64,000 nucleotides of DNA, from positions 73,434-137,433 of the forward strand of contig CADCHQ010000013.1 in the NCBI GenBank assembly GCA_902801325.1, written 5' to 3'. Positions 18,793-27,895 of the stretch are shown here, in pieces (the stretch's first letter is position 1; each line of letters starts with the position of its first letter). The position numbers and the translations under genes are program-made. Source of the DNA: an uncultured Bacteroidales bacterium (GTDB lineage: Bacteria > Bacteroidota > Bacteroidia > Bacteroidales > Bacteroidaceae). Below the pieces are notes generated by a model. That model was not told where the DNA came from and made no database searches. It saw only the letters and a list, made by a program, of their open reading frames with translations.

Positions 18793-20181
18793 TTACTTAT
18801 TCTTAATCACTTGCGCCATGAAGGTTGCCTCTGCCACACATTCCTCGCCCACGAAGGCATAGCCTTGCATGGTGGCGATGTTATGGGAGAGGGGAGCCAG
18901 CAACTCGCACTTCATGATTAGGGTATCGCCTGGCACCACTTTCTGACGGAAACGGGCGTTGTCGATTCGGAGGAAGTAGGTGCTGTAGCGCTCGGGCTCG
19001 TCGAGCAGACTCAGGATGTAGAGGCCTCCCGTCTGCGCCATAGCTTCGAGCTGAAGCACGCCAGGCATCACGGGCTCTTGTGGGAAGTGACCTTGGAAGA
19101 AGGGCTCGTTGGCAGTGACGTTCTTGATGGCCACGACACTCTTTTCCTTCAGTTCAATCACCTTGTCCACCAACTGGAACGGATAACGGTGTGGCAACAA
19201 TTCCTTGATGCGGTTGTTGTCCATGACCGGCAGTTTGGAGGGGTTGTAAACAGGGGCTTGCACGTCGAACTTGCGTATCTTCTTACGCATGAGCCGGGCA
19301 AATTTGTTGTTGATGGTGTGTCCGGGTCGCGTTGCGATGATGCGTCCCTTGATGGGTCGGCCTATCAGTGCCATATCGCCAATGATGTCGAGCAACTTGT
19401 GGCGGGCAGGTTCGTTGTCCCAGACGAGGGGTTTGTGCTGGATGTATCCCAGCACGTTGGCGTCGCGGTGTTCCACACCCGTCTTGTCACAAAGCTTGTC
19501 GAGGGCTTCCTGTGTGGTTTGCCTTTCGTAGATGACGATGGCGTTGTCGAGGTCGCCTCCCTTCACCAGTCCTGCCATGAGCAGGGGTTCTATCTCGCGA
19601 ACGAAGACGAAGGTGCGAGCAGCAGCAATCTCTGTCTCGAAGTCCTCCATGCTGTCGAGCGTGGCAAACTGACTGCTGATGAACTTCGACTGGAAGTCGA
19701 TCATCGTCGTAAGGGAGAAATCCTCGTCAGGCAAGAGTGTGATGCAAGAACCCGATTCTTCGTCCTTGATTTCTGTCTTGCTCGTGATGATATAGTAGTT
19801 CTTTGCCGCATCCTGTTCCTTGATGCCCACGCGACGAATCTCTTTCACGTAGGTCTCCGAACTACCGTCGAGGATGGGGAACTCGGGACCATCGACCTGA
19901 ATGAGTACGTTGTCGACACCCAGTGCATAGAGGGCTGCCATACCGTGTTCGATGGTGCTTACCTTGATGTCCTTCTTTCCGAGTACCGTGCCTCGGGTGG
20001 TCTCGATGACATTCTCTGCCACTGCCTCAAGGACGGGTTGCTCGGGCAAGTCGATACGCTGTATCTTATACCCGTGGTTCTCTGGGGCGGGATTGAACGT
20101 CACAGTCAGGTTCAATCCCGTGTGTAAGCCTTTTCCGCTAAGGGAGAAACTCTCGTTCAGCGTGCATTGCTTATTTGTCAT
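18793..20181 (-). CDS. lpxC: Bifunctional UDP-3-O-acyl-GlcNAc deacetylase / 3-hydroxyacyl-ACP dehydratase
   Basis: 462 aa. The N-terminal half is LpxC-like (SGKGLHTGL...). The C-terminal half is FabZ (FFQGHFPQEPVMPGVL). This fusion is typical of Bacteroidota. Confidence 0.95.
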   Translation of the reverse strand: MTNKQCTLNESFSLSGKGLHTGLNLTVTFNPAPENHGYKIQRIDLPEQPVLEAVAENVIETTRGTVLGKKDIKVSTIEHGMAALYALGVDNVLIQVDGPEFPILDGSSETYVKEIRRVGIKEQDAAKNYYIITSKTEIKDEESGSCITLLPDEDFSLTTMIDFQSKFISSQFATLDSMEDFETEIAAARTFVFVREIEPLLMAGLVKGGDLDNAIVIYERQTTQEALDKLCDKTGVEHRDANVLGYIQHKPLVWDNEPARHKLLDIIGDMALIGRPIKGRIIATRPGHTINNKFARLMRKKIRKFDVQAPVYNPSKLPVMDNNRIKELLPHRYPFQLVDKVIELKEKSVVAIKNVTANEPFFQGHFPQEPVMPGVLQLEAMAQTGGLYILSLLDEPERYSTYFLRIDNARFRQKVVPGDTLIMKCELLAPLSHNIATMQGYAFVGEECVAEATFMAQVIKNK

Positions 20182-20236
20182 AATCGTTAGTATTTGTTCT
20201 TGTTATCTTTTATCTTTATGGTCTCTTGCCAGAGGG

Positions 20237-20293
20237 CTTAGGTTCGATGATTTTGCACCTTAGGCTCGATGATTTTGCACCTTAGGTTCGAGG
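20237..20293. repeat. 22-bp tandem repeat (cttaggYtcgatgattttgcac x2.6)
   Basis: It shares the TTTGCACCTTAGG core with the 33560-33734 array. Inverted partner cgaaccttagg lies at 20386-20396. Confidence 0.85.
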
Positions 20294-20330
20294 CGCATCG
20301 AACCTATATATAATTGACCTCGAACCTATG

Positions 20331-20376
20331 TTCTTGCTCCATTGCATTACGCAAGCGTAGCTTCGCGTCCGATTAC
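20331..20376 (+). repeat. Dispersed element, single module (TTCTTGCTCC-attgcat-TACGCAAGCGTAG...CGTCCGATTAC)
   Basis: Flanked by imperfect direct repeats aattgacctcgaacctatg (20312-20330) and aattgacttcgaaccttagg (20377-20396). Confidence 0.85.
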
Positions 20377-20399
20377 AATTGACTTCGAACCTTAGGCCT

Positions 20400-21449
20400 T
20401 CATTGCAGAGCCGCTAATTGCTTCTTCAGTTCTTCTATTTCTTTCTCCATCTGATAGATTTGCTTGCTCAAGTCGGGCAAGTTCTTGAAGACAGCACTCG
20501 ACTTCCAGAAGTTGCGATACTCGAGGGCGGGATAGCCCATGAGGGTAGTTCCTTCCTTCTTCACGCTGTTGGGAATGCCCGACTGCGCCCCCACATTCGT
20601 CTTGCTGGCAATGGTGGCGTGACCTGCTATACCTACCTGTCCGCCAAACATGCACCATTCGCCCACCTTCGTGCTTCCTGCTACGCCGACTTGTGCACTC
20701 ATGACGGTGTGTGCCCCAATGTCGTCGTTGTGGGCAATCTGCACCAGGTTGTCGAGTTTCACGCCCTTGCGGACGTAGGTCGAACCCATCGTGGAACGGT
20801 CGACACAGGTGTTTGCCCCGATTTCCACATTATCTTCGATGGTGACGATACCTATCTGCGGAATCTTCTCGTATCCCTCCTCAGAAGGAGCAAAGCCGAA
20901 TCCGTCGGCACCGATGACGCATCCTGCATGCAGAATGCAGTTGTTGCCCACCTTGCAATCGTGATAAACGACGGCATTGCTGTATATCTCCGTGTTGTCT
21001 CCCACAGTTGCCTTTGCACCGATGGTCACATGGGGATGCAGCACGCAGCCTTTACCTATCACTGCACCCTCGCCAATGGCAACGAAGGGACCTATGTAAC
21101 AGTCCTCGCCAATGGTTGCAGTCGGGTCGATGAAAGCAAGTGAGTCGATGCCCTTCTTCTTGGGTTTCATGCTATCGTAGAGGGTAAGCAGCTTGGCAAC
21201 GGTCTCATAGGCGTTGTCCACCCTGATTAGGGTTGCCTTTGTCTCTCCCTCCAGCTGGAAGTCCTTGTTCACGAGTACGATACTGCTCTTAGTCTCATAG
21301 AGATAGTGTGCATACTTGGGATTGGCAAGGAACGAGATGCAACCGGGGCGGCCTTCCTCAATCTTCGCAAAATCATTAATCTTCACTCCGGGGTCTCCCT
21401 CGATAGTACCTCCCACGAGGCCTGCTATTTGTTGTGCTGAAAATTCCAT
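20400..21449 (-). CDS. lpxD: UDP-3-O-(3-hydroxyacyl)glucosamine N-acyltransferase
   Basis: 349 aa with N-terminus [18 protein letters not shown], a long hexapeptide-repeat beta-helix and a C-terminal coiled tail. Confidence 0.93.
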   Translation of the reverse strand: MEFSAQQIAGLVGGTIEGDPGVKINDFAKIEEGRPGCISFLANPKYAHYLYETKSSIVLVNKDFQLEGETKATLIRVDNAYETVAKLLTLYDSMKPKKKGIDSLAFIDPTATIGEDCYIGPFVAIGEGAVIGKGCVLHPHVTIGAKATVGDNTEIYSNAVVYHDCKVGNNCILHAGCVIGADGFGFAPSEEGYEKIPQIGIVTIEDNVEIGANTCVDRSTMGSTYVRKGVKLDNLVQIAHNDDIGAHTVMSAQVGVAGSTKVGEWCMFGGQVGIAGHATIASKTNVGAQSGIPNSVKKEGTTLMGYPALEYRNFWKSSAVFKNLPDLSKQIYQMEKEIEELKKQLAALQ

Positions 21450-21506
21450 CTTATTTAATTCATAATTTATAATTCATAATCTTTTTGTCCTCAATCTCTC
21501 ATCCTC

Positions 21507-22394
21507 TCATTTTCTCAATTTCTCAATCTCTTTCGCCATTTGCTGTTGCACCTTATGTGCTTCCTCACCTGCTCGCAGGGCAAAGTCCTCGCCGTTGGAG
21601 GCATAGATGATGGCACGACTGGAGTTGACGATGAGGCCGCAATCCTTCGTCATTCCGTAACGGCAAACCTCCTCCAAGCTGCCTCCCTGTGCGCCTATAC
21701 CAGGCACCAACAGGAAGTGGTTGGGAACTATCTTGCGAATGTCCTCGAAGGCGCGTCCTTGCGTTGCACCAACGACGTACATCATTTGGTCTTCATCGGC
21801 CCATTCCTGACTCTTGCGCAATACTCTCTCATACAGTTTTTCAGAGGATGGTTCCTCCCCCTCGGGGGAGTTAGAGAGGGGTCGCGTCTGGAAGTCTTGA
21901 CTTCCTTTATTACTGGTGAGCGCAAGAAGAATCACCCAATGCTGTCTATGCTTCTCCTTCCCCTCGGGGGAGGTTGGGAGAGGGGTCTCCAGGAAGGGCG
22001 TAACGCTGTCCTCACCCATGTATGGGGCCACGGTGACGGCATCCACGTCCAGTGTCTCGAAGAACGTGCGTGCATAGAGTTTCGACGTATTACCTATGTC
22101 GCCGCGCTTGGCATCGGCAATGATGAATTGGTCGGGATAGTTCGAGCGGATGTATTCCACCGTCTTCTCGAAGGCAATCCACCCCTTCACACCCATAGCC
22201 TCGTAGAAGGCCAGATTGGGTTTGTAGGCAATGCAGTAGGGCGCCGTGGCATCGATGATGGCCTTGTTGAACGCAAAGATAGGGTCTTCCTCCGTGAGCA
22301 GGTGCTCGGGAATCTTTTGTATGTCGGTGTCGAGTCCTACGCAGAGGAAACTCTTCTTCCTTCGTATGTTTGCTATTAATTCTTGTCTTGTCAT
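21507..22394 (-). CDS. pyrF: Orotidine-5'-phosphate decarboxylase (type 2) carrying two in-frame repeat-derived inserts
   Basis: 295 aa with motifs FLCVGLDT and [12 protein letters not shown]. The segments [12 protein letters not shown] and [11 protein letters not shown] are encoded by repeat copies R3 and R2. Confidence 0.9.
   Translation of the reverse strand: MTRQELIANIRRKKSFLCVGLDTDIQKIPEHLLTEEDPIFAFNKAIIDATAPYCIAYKPNLAFYEAMGVKGWIAFEKTVEYIRSNYPDQFIIADAKRGDIGNTSKLYARTFFETLDVDAVTVAPYMGEDSVTPFLETPLPTSPEGKEKHRQHWVILLALTSNKGSQDFQTRPLSNSPEGEEPSSEKLYERVLRKSQEWADEDQMMYVVGATQGRAFEDIRKIVPNHFLLVPGIGAQGGSLEEVCRYGMTKDCGLIVNSSRAIIYASNGEDFALRAGEEAHKVQQQMAKEIEKLRK
21854..21883 (+). repeat. REP-like element copy R2, inside the pyrF coding sequence
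   Basis: cctccccctcgggggag-ttag-agaggggtc. On the coding strand it reads [11 protein letters not shown] in frame. Confidence 0.85.
21956..21990 (+). repeat. REP-like element copy R3, inside the pyrF coding sequence
   Basis: ccttcccctcgggggagg-ttgg-gagaggggtctcc. On the coding strand it reads [11 protein letters not shown] in frame. Confidence 0.85.
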
Positions 22395-22639
22395 TTCTTT
22401 ATCTTTCTTTTAATTCCTAAAACCATAGCTATTACAACGCAGGCAAGCAGGAATATCACCATTTGTACCAGGAAGAACATCAAGGTGCTGTCAGTCTTTC
22501 CCATCCATCTCAGGCAGGGCTGTGTCAGAAGTGCTGCTATGGCAACGGCGATAATAATCGGCCATTCTTCCTTCATTGACTTCTTGAAGCCTTCCCATGT
22601 CCATTCTTCCTTGATATCTTTGAGTAGTCCCATAGTCAA
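22391..22639 (-). CDS. Small two-TM membrane protein, hypothetical
   Basis: 82 aa with two hydrophobic segments and a basic tail KRKIKK. Its stop overlaps the pyrF ATG (ATGA), and its start is 7 nt after the upstream stop. Confidence 0.5.
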   Translation of the reverse strand: MTMGLLKDIKEEWTWEGFKKSMKEEWPIIIAVAIAALLTQPCLRWMGKTDSTLMFFLVQMVIFLLACVVIAMVLGIKRKIKK

Positions 22640-22646
22640 TTTTGCT

Positions 22647-24341
22647 TTATTTTGTGAATAAGTATCCGTTCGTGTTTATGTTGTATTTGCTGAAGTAAAA
22701 ATAGGTCATGTAATAAGCGCAGTTGCCTTGTTTCGTCTTCAGTTCAATGGGGTAGAGCATTTTCTTGTCGAGTTTTTTCAGGGCATCGAGATTAACCCTC
22801 AGGGTGTCGATGTTGTTCCCTTCGTTGTCGTTGACGGGGATGTCGATGAAGCCACTCTTTTTCTCCAAGGTTACGGAAAGGTCCTTTTCCTCCACCTTGC
22901 TGTATCCCTCGGGTATATCTATTTGCTTGGTCTCGGCAAAGTTGCTGTATGAGAAATACTTTTCTTGCTTTTCCTCTTCTTCTTTGTTGACGTATGTGAG
23001 GAAGGGGATGCCTTCGTTCTCTTGGTTTACGAGGGATTCTATCGACTCCCGGTTGAATGTGCCTTCCAAGTAGGAAAGTTTGGCGCTGATGGCCGAAGCC
23101 TCGTCCTTCGGTAATGCCTTCATCAACTTGTCATATCCGCTTGCGTCCAGAGGACTTGTCACTTGGTGGTCCTTAAGCGTGTGGCGTACTTCGCGCAACA
23201 ATTGACGGCGGGTGAAATTCGTGAAATTGAAGGGCAAGGCCGATGTCAGGAGGAAGAGCGCTGCAAAGGAGATGCTAATCCACTTGATGCGACGTGCACG
23301 AGTCAGGAAGAGGGTGATGCAAACGGCATAGAACCAGAGATTGAGCAGGACAAGATAGAGGCGATGAATCGTGATGCCGTAGTCGCTCAGTCGGCGATAT
23401 ATGCCTATGCTCATCAGCAGTATCAAGGGGATGAGCAGGAGAGGCAGATAGCGTGCCACATTCTCGTCGTACTTGCGTCCTTCGCGTTTACGGACTGGGT
23501 AAAGTCCAAACTCAATGGCGATGCATCCTATCATGGACGCAATCACGAGCCACGACACGTGTCCGTTGGGCAATTCCCAATGGAAGAGAATCTTCAGGGC
23601 ATAGATGTATAGCACCAGCAGATATAATCCCTCGAGAGGTACGAAGATGTATCGCATTACGTTGCCAAGGAAGGCTGTCTGCAAGGGTTCTCTCTTGTGC
23701 TTCTCCTCGCCCTTAGGTATGCGGCCGAGGAACAACAGTGTCGGCAGGTATAAGGCGCAGAGCGTACCCATCACCAAATACCATTTTATATCGAGATCGA
23801 TAGAGAACAGCAGTTTGAGGGAAAACAAAAGAATGCTGACGCCTCCCCATAGCACGAAGCCTATGAGGAAGGTAATGAAGAGGTTGACCAGTATGGAAAG
23901 CGTAAAGTTCCAGGAGGCGATGTCGTCGCGTTCTCTTCCAAAGGAAAGGAAGAAAATGCTCAGAACCAACGCAAAGATTGCCGAAGCATGCATGAGAAAG
24001 ACTTCCCACCCGTTGCCAACGCCGAAATTGATGTTGTACAGATAAATGGTGTCGGCCAACAGGATGGCGTATGACACGATTTGAATGGTGTCGGTTCGCC
24101 GGTTCTCCTCCTGCTCTTCCGTCCAAAGCGCAAGGGTGAGGGAGAGCACAAGGCCAACGGAGAGGAAATAGCTCAGTGCCTTTATCAGTTGTTCATAGGG
24201 CCTAACCTGGTCGGATGCAACGATGATATAGATAAGAAACAGAGCCAGCGCCGTAGCAAATGCCATTGGTGAAGGGAAGCGCTTCGCACAAGTGTGGAAC
24301 GCCGTCGTCACAAATCTCAAGTTCTTTTGTATCCTATTCAT
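22647..24341 (-). CDS. Polytopic inner-membrane protein (DUF4153-like, tentative) with a soluble C-terminal domain
   Basis: 564 aa. About 10 or more hydrophobic helices span the first 400 aa or so, followed by a hydrophilic C-terminal region. Confidence 0.55.
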   Translation of the reverse strand: MNRIQKNLRFVTTAFHTCAKRFPSPMAFATALALFLIYIIVASDQVRPYEQLIKALSYFLSVGLVLSLTLALWTEEQEENRRTDTIQIVSYAILLADTIYLYNINFGVGNGWEVFLMHASAIFALVLSIFFLSFGRERDDIASWNFTLSILVNLFITFLIGFVLWGGVSILLFSLKLLFSIDLDIKWYLVMGTLCALYLPTLLFLGRIPKGEEKHKREPLQTAFLGNVMRYIFVPLEGLYLLVLYIYALKILFHWELPNGHVSWLVIASMIGCIAIEFGLYPVRKREGRKYDENVARYLPLLLIPLILLMSIGIYRRLSDYGITIHRLYLVLLNLWFYAVCITLFLTRARRIKWISISFAALFLLTSALPFNFTNFTRRQLLREVRHTLKDHQVTSPLDASGYDKLMKALPKDEASAISAKLSYLEGTFNRESIESLVNQENEGIPFLTYVNKEEEEKQEKYFSYSNFAETKQIDIPEGYSKVEEKDLSVTLEKKSGFIDIPVNDNEGNNIDTLRVNLDALKKLDKKMLYPIELKTKQGNCAYYMTYFYFSKYNINTNGYLFTK

Positions 24342-24349
24342 TATCTTTT

Positions 24350-24393
24350 AATCGTCCAATCGTGAAATTGTGAAATCGTGAAATTGTCAAATC
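24350..24393. repeat. Tandem 8-nt word array (AATCGTGA/AATTGTGA) filling the prfA-to-next-gene spacer
   Basis: aatcgtccaatcgtgaaattgtgaaatcgtgaaattgtcaaatc. It occupies nearly the whole 52-nt spacer between the prfA stop (24394) and the downstream ATG (24341). Confidence 0.9.
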
Positions 24394-25494
24394 TCAAAGC
24401 GCTGCTTCCTTCATTCTTTCAGCATTCTCCGCCACGATGAGGTGGTCGATGCAGTCCTGTATGTCTCCGTCCATGAAGGCGGCAAGGTTGTAGATGGTGT
24501 ATCCAATGCGGTGGTCGGTGATGCGTCCTTGTGGATAGTTGTAGGTACGTATCTTTGCCGAACGGTCGCCGGTGGAGACCATCGTCTTGCGTCTGCTGGC
24601 GATGTCGTCGATGTACTTCTGATGCTCCTTGTCGTAGATGAAGGTACGCAGGCGAGCCAAAGCCCTTTCCTTGTTCTTCGGCTGGTCGCGAGTCTCGGTG
24701 CACTCCACGAGTATCTCCTCCGTTTCGCCAGTGTTGGGGTTTGTCCACATGTAGCGGGCACGCACACCCGACTCCACCTTGTTCACATTCTGTCCGCCGG
24801 CACCACTGCTTCGGAAGGTGTCCCACTTGATGGCGCCTTCGTTGATTTCCACGTCGAACTCCTCGGCTTCGGGCAATACGGCAACGGTGGCTGCACTGGT
24901 GTGTACTCGGCCTTGTGTCTCCGTAACGGGTACTCGCTGAACGCGATGCACACCTGATTCGTATTTCAGTATACCATATGCTCCTTCGCCAGTCACACTG
25001 AAGACGATTTCCTTGTAACCACCCGATGCACCCTCGCTAAAGCTGGAAACGGAAGTCTTCCAACCCTTCGTCTCGCAATATTTCGAGTACATGCGGAACA
25101 GGTCGCCAGCAAAGAGAGCGGCTTCGTCGCCTCCCGTTCCTCCGCGTATTTCCATGATGACATTCTTGTCGTCTTCAGGATCGGCAGGGATGAGGAGCAG
25201 TTTGATTTCCTCCTCCAACTCGGGCAATCTTTGTTCACTTGCCGCCAGTTCCTCGCGCAGCATTTCCTTCGTCTCGGGGTCATCCTCCAGTGCCAGCATC
25301 TCCTTAGCATCCTGCACATTCTGAAGGTGTCCCATATATTCCTTCCGCGCCTCCATGATACGTCCCAAGTCCTTGTATTCCTTGGTCAGCTTCACGTAGC
25401 GTTTTTGGTCGGCTATCACACTCGGGTCGGTAATCAGCGTCGACACTTCCTCGTATCGTGCTACCAGGCCTTCCAGTTTATTTAATAGATCCAT
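24394..25494 (-). CDS. prfA: Peptide chain release factor 1
   Basis: GGQ motif (SSGAGGQNVNKVES) and RF1 PVT tripeptide (RVPVTETQG). I place the start at MDLLNKLEGL (ATG 25492-25494). The ORF-track extension to 25557 is read through repeat R4. Confidence 0.92.
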   Translation of the reverse strand: MDLLNKLEGLVARYEEVSTLITDPSVIADQKRYVKLTKEYKDLGRIMEARKEYMGHLQNVQDAKEMLALEDDPETKEMLREELAASEQRLPELEEEIKLLLIPADPEDDKNVIMEIRGGTGGDEAALFAGDLFRMYSKYCETKGWKTSVSSFSEGASGGYKEIVFSVTGEGAYGILKYESGVHRVQRVPVTETQGRVHTSAATVAVLPEAEEFDVEINEGAIKWDTFRSSGAGGQNVNKVESGVRARYMWTNPNTGETEEILVECTETRDQPKNKERALARLRTFIYDKEHQKYIDDIASRRKTMVSTGDRSAKIRTYNYPQGRITDHRIGYTIYNLAAFMDGDIQDCIDHLIVAENAERMKEAAL

Positions 25495-25508
25495 AATTCT
25501 ATCTAAAG

Positions 25509-25547
25509 ACCCTCTCCCCAAACCCTCTCCCTTAAGGGCGAGGGAGG
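25509..25547 (-). repeat. REP-like element copy R4 (reverse orientation, TTAAGG-loop variant)
   Basis: gaccctctcccc-aaa-ccctctcccttaagggcgagggagg. Its reverse complement resembles R6. Confidence 0.8.
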
Positions 25548-25597
25548 TAATCTTCAACTTTCAATCTTACTTTTTATATTTAACTTGCCTTCTTTTC

Positions 25598-25623
25598 TCT
25601 CCCCTCGGGGAGTCGGAGGGGGC
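25598..25623 (+). repeat. REP-like element copy R5
   Basis: ctctcccctcggggag-tcgg-agggggc, immediately after the esterase stop codon (25625). Confidence 0.85.
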
Positions 25624-25624
25624 T

Positions 25625-26479
25625 TTACTTAAAATTCCTCGATACGAAGGGCAGACATAGGCGCAGGGCGTTGTGCCAGTATTCCCAAGAATGTCCTCCG
25701 TCACGAACACGTAGCTGGGCATCGAAACGCTTCAGGCGCAGTTTCTTGTACAACTCGATGTTGTTGTCGAAGAGGAAATCATCGTCACCACAATCGATGA
25801 AGAACTTTATCTGGCGCAGGGTGCTTAGTTCCGCCTCACTGGCGTTGTCCAGCTTGTCGAACGGATTACGTTTTGCCACAGCATTGGTCACCTGTGCCAC
25901 TTTGTCATCGAGTGGAGCATCAGCACGTGCTTGGGCATTTAGCCAGGCACTCATGGGGTAGCAGGCGCAGAACATGTCGGGATGTCCCAGGGCATAGCCT
26001 ACGCTGCCGCCTCCGCCCATCGACAGGCCTGCCACGGCGCGTTGTCCGCGACTGCCTCCGGCTCGGTATTTCTGCTCCACGGCAGGCAGGAGTTCCTGGA
26101 AGAAGTGGTCTTCGTAGGCCCAGCCGGGCATGTTGAAGTATCCGTTCCAGACGTTCTTCGTGTCGGGGCCTCCGGCACAGGGCATGACGATGACCATCTT
26201 CTGTGCCTCGCCGGTGGCCATCAGTTCGTCGGCCACGCGGTCCATTTGTCCCTTGTCCTGCCACGAGCGTTCGTCGTCGGTGAATCCGTGCAATAGGTAG
26301 AGGACGGGGTAGTGACGGTCTGTCTCTCTCTGGAAACCAGCGGGCAGATACACCATGAAGTAGCGCTGAACGCCCAGTACTTCACTCTTAATGGAGTCGC
26401 GGATGACAGCGGCGTCTGCCTGCAGGGCAAACATCAGGCTGATTAGTAAGCAAAATGCTTTTTGGATGGTCTTTTTCAT
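25625..26479 (-). CDS. Secreted alpha/beta-hydrolase, esterase D / CE1-like putative esterase
   Basis: 284 aa with a signal peptide. Motifs YPVLYLLHG and nucleophile elbow GLSMGGGGS. Confidence 0.8.
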   Translation of the reverse strand: MKKTIQKAFCLLISLMFALQADAAVIRDSIKSEVLGVQRYFMVYLPAGFQRETDRHYPVLYLLHGFTDDERSWQDKGQMDRVADELMATGEAQKMVIVMPCAGGPDTKNVWNGYFNMPGWAYEDHFFQELLPAVEQKYRAGGSRGQRAVAGLSMGGGGSVGYALGHPDMFCACYPMSAWLNAQARADAPLDDKVAQVTNAVAKRNPFDKLDNASEAELSTLRQIKFFIDCGDDDFLFDNNIELYKKLRLKRFDAQLRVRDGGHSWEYWHNALRLCLPFVSRNFK

Positions 26480-26528
26480 ATTATATCAATTCAAAATTCA
26501 AAAATAATCATTCTCAACTGTTTTTATG

Positions 26529-26563
26529 CCTCGCCCTTTAAGGGAGAGGAAGGGAGAGGGTCC
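26529..26563 (+). repeat. REP-like element copy R6
   Basis: cctcgccctttaagggagagg-aa-gggagagggtcc, between the purM stop and the esterase start. Confidence 0.85.
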
Positions 26564-26565
26564 TC

Positions 26566-27732
26566 TTAGTACTCAAACGTCCCAAATTCACTCTTGATAG
26601 TCAGACTCTTTCGTCCTTCTTCGATGCGGCCGATGACTTGTGCATCGATGTTGAAGGAACGACTTATCTCGATGACGCGATCTGCATCCTCGGGAGAGAG
26701 GTAAACCTCCAGTCGATGGCCCATGTTGAACACCTTGTAGGCTTCGCTGTAGTCGGTCCCGCTTTCCTTTATGATGGCTTTGAAGAGGGGAGGAACGGGG
26801 AACATGTTGTCCTTTATGACGCGACAGTTCTCACCCACGAAGTGCAACACCTTTGTCTGTGCTCCACCTGTGCAGTGTACCATTCCGTGTATCTTCGGAC
26901 GCAGCTCGTCGAGCAGTTTCTTCACTACCGGAGCATAGGTGCGAGTGGGGGAGAGGACGAGTTTGCCAGCGTTGATGGGCGAACCCTCAACTGGGTCTGT
27001 CAGTTTGTACGAACCACTGTACACGAGTTCCTCAGGCACGGCCTTGTCATAGCTCTCGGGATATTTCTCGGCCAAGTATTTGCTGAAGACGTCGTGTCGG
27101 GCGCTGGTAAGTCCGTTCGAACCCATTCCGCCGTTGTACTCCTTCTCGTAGGTGGCCTGTCCAAAGCTTGCGAGGCCCACGATGACGTCGCCCGGACGGA
27201 TGTTCTTGTTGTCAATCACGTCACTACGCTTCATGCGGCAGGTAACCGTAGAGTCCACGATGATGGTACGAACGAGATCGCCCACGTCGGCCGTCTCTCC
27301 GCCAGTGGCATAGATGCCGATACCCATGTCGCGCATCTGCTGCAGCAGTTCGTCGGTACCGTTAATGATGGCAGAAATCACCTCGCCCGGGATGAGCATC
27401 TTGTTGCGGCCTATGGTGCTGCTGACCAAGATGTTGTCCGTAGCACCCACGCACAGCAGGTCGTCGGTATTCATGATCAGGGCATCCTGTGCGATACCTT
27501 TCCACACCGAGAGGTCGCCCGTCTCTTTCCAGTACATATAAGCCAGGCTCGACTTCGTTCCAGCCCCGTCGGCATGCATGATGTTGCACCATTCGGGGTC
27601 GCCGCCCAGTATGTCGGGAATAATCTTGCAGAAAGCCTGCGGGAAGAGGCCTTTGTCGATGTTCTTGATGGCGTTGTGCACGTCCTCCTTAGCTGCCGAC
27701 ACGCCCCTCAGCATGTAACGTTGATTTTCCAT
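26566..27732 (-). CDS. purM: Phosphoribosylformylglycinamidine cyclo-ligase (AIR synthetase)
   Basis: Motif MHADGAGTKSSLAY with the PurM fold throughout. I place the start at MENQRYMLRGVSA (ATG 27730-27732). The 35-codon upstream extension in the ORF track looks non-coding. Confidence 0.92.
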   Translation of the reverse strand: MENQRYMLRGVSAAKEDVHNAIKNIDKGLFPQAFCKIIPDILGGDPEWCNIMHADGAGTKSSLAYMYWKETGDLSVWKGIAQDALIMNTDDLLCVGATDNILVSSTIGRNKMLIPGEVISAIINGTDELLQQMRDMGIGIYATGGETADVGDLVRTIIVDSTVTCRMKRSDVIDNKNIRPGDVIVGLASFGQATYEKEYNGGMGSNGLTSARHDVFSKYLAEKYPESYDKAVPEELVYSGSYKLTDPVEGSPINAGKLVLSPTRTYAPVVKKLLDELRPKIHGMVHCTGGAQTKVLHFVGENCRVIKDNMFPVPPLFKAIIKESGTDYSEAYKVFNMGHRLEVYLSPEDADRVIEISRSFNIDAQVIGRIEEGRKSLTIKSEFGTFEY

Positions 27733-27895
27733 TCTTCGTATGCTCTTTTTTACTAGTCGGGCGTAAAGATACGAAGAATTATCGAGTTGGCAAAATCTTG
27801 CGCGCGCGATTTGCCCCTTTTGTGTGAAAAGGGACATCTTTTGTTACGTACGGGTGTGTAACAATTGAGGAAATACAGTAGTATTAAACCCTACA

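Noticed and set aside
20241-20293. tRNA-like GGTTCGA(T/G) T-loop-like strings
   Set aside because: They belong to the 22-bp tandem repeat. No acceptor, D or anticodon arms can be drawn. I found no tRNA cloverleaf anywhere in the window.
27789-27833. Riboswitch (for example ZTP/purine) in the purM upstream region
   Set aside because: Only two simple adjacent hairpins are present (ggcaaaatc...gatttgcc around a GCGCGCGC loop, and ccctttt-gtgtg-aaaaggg). They lie upstream of the likely purM -7 box and lack the conserved riboswitch cores I know. They more likely act as a weak terminator or insulator after GH20.
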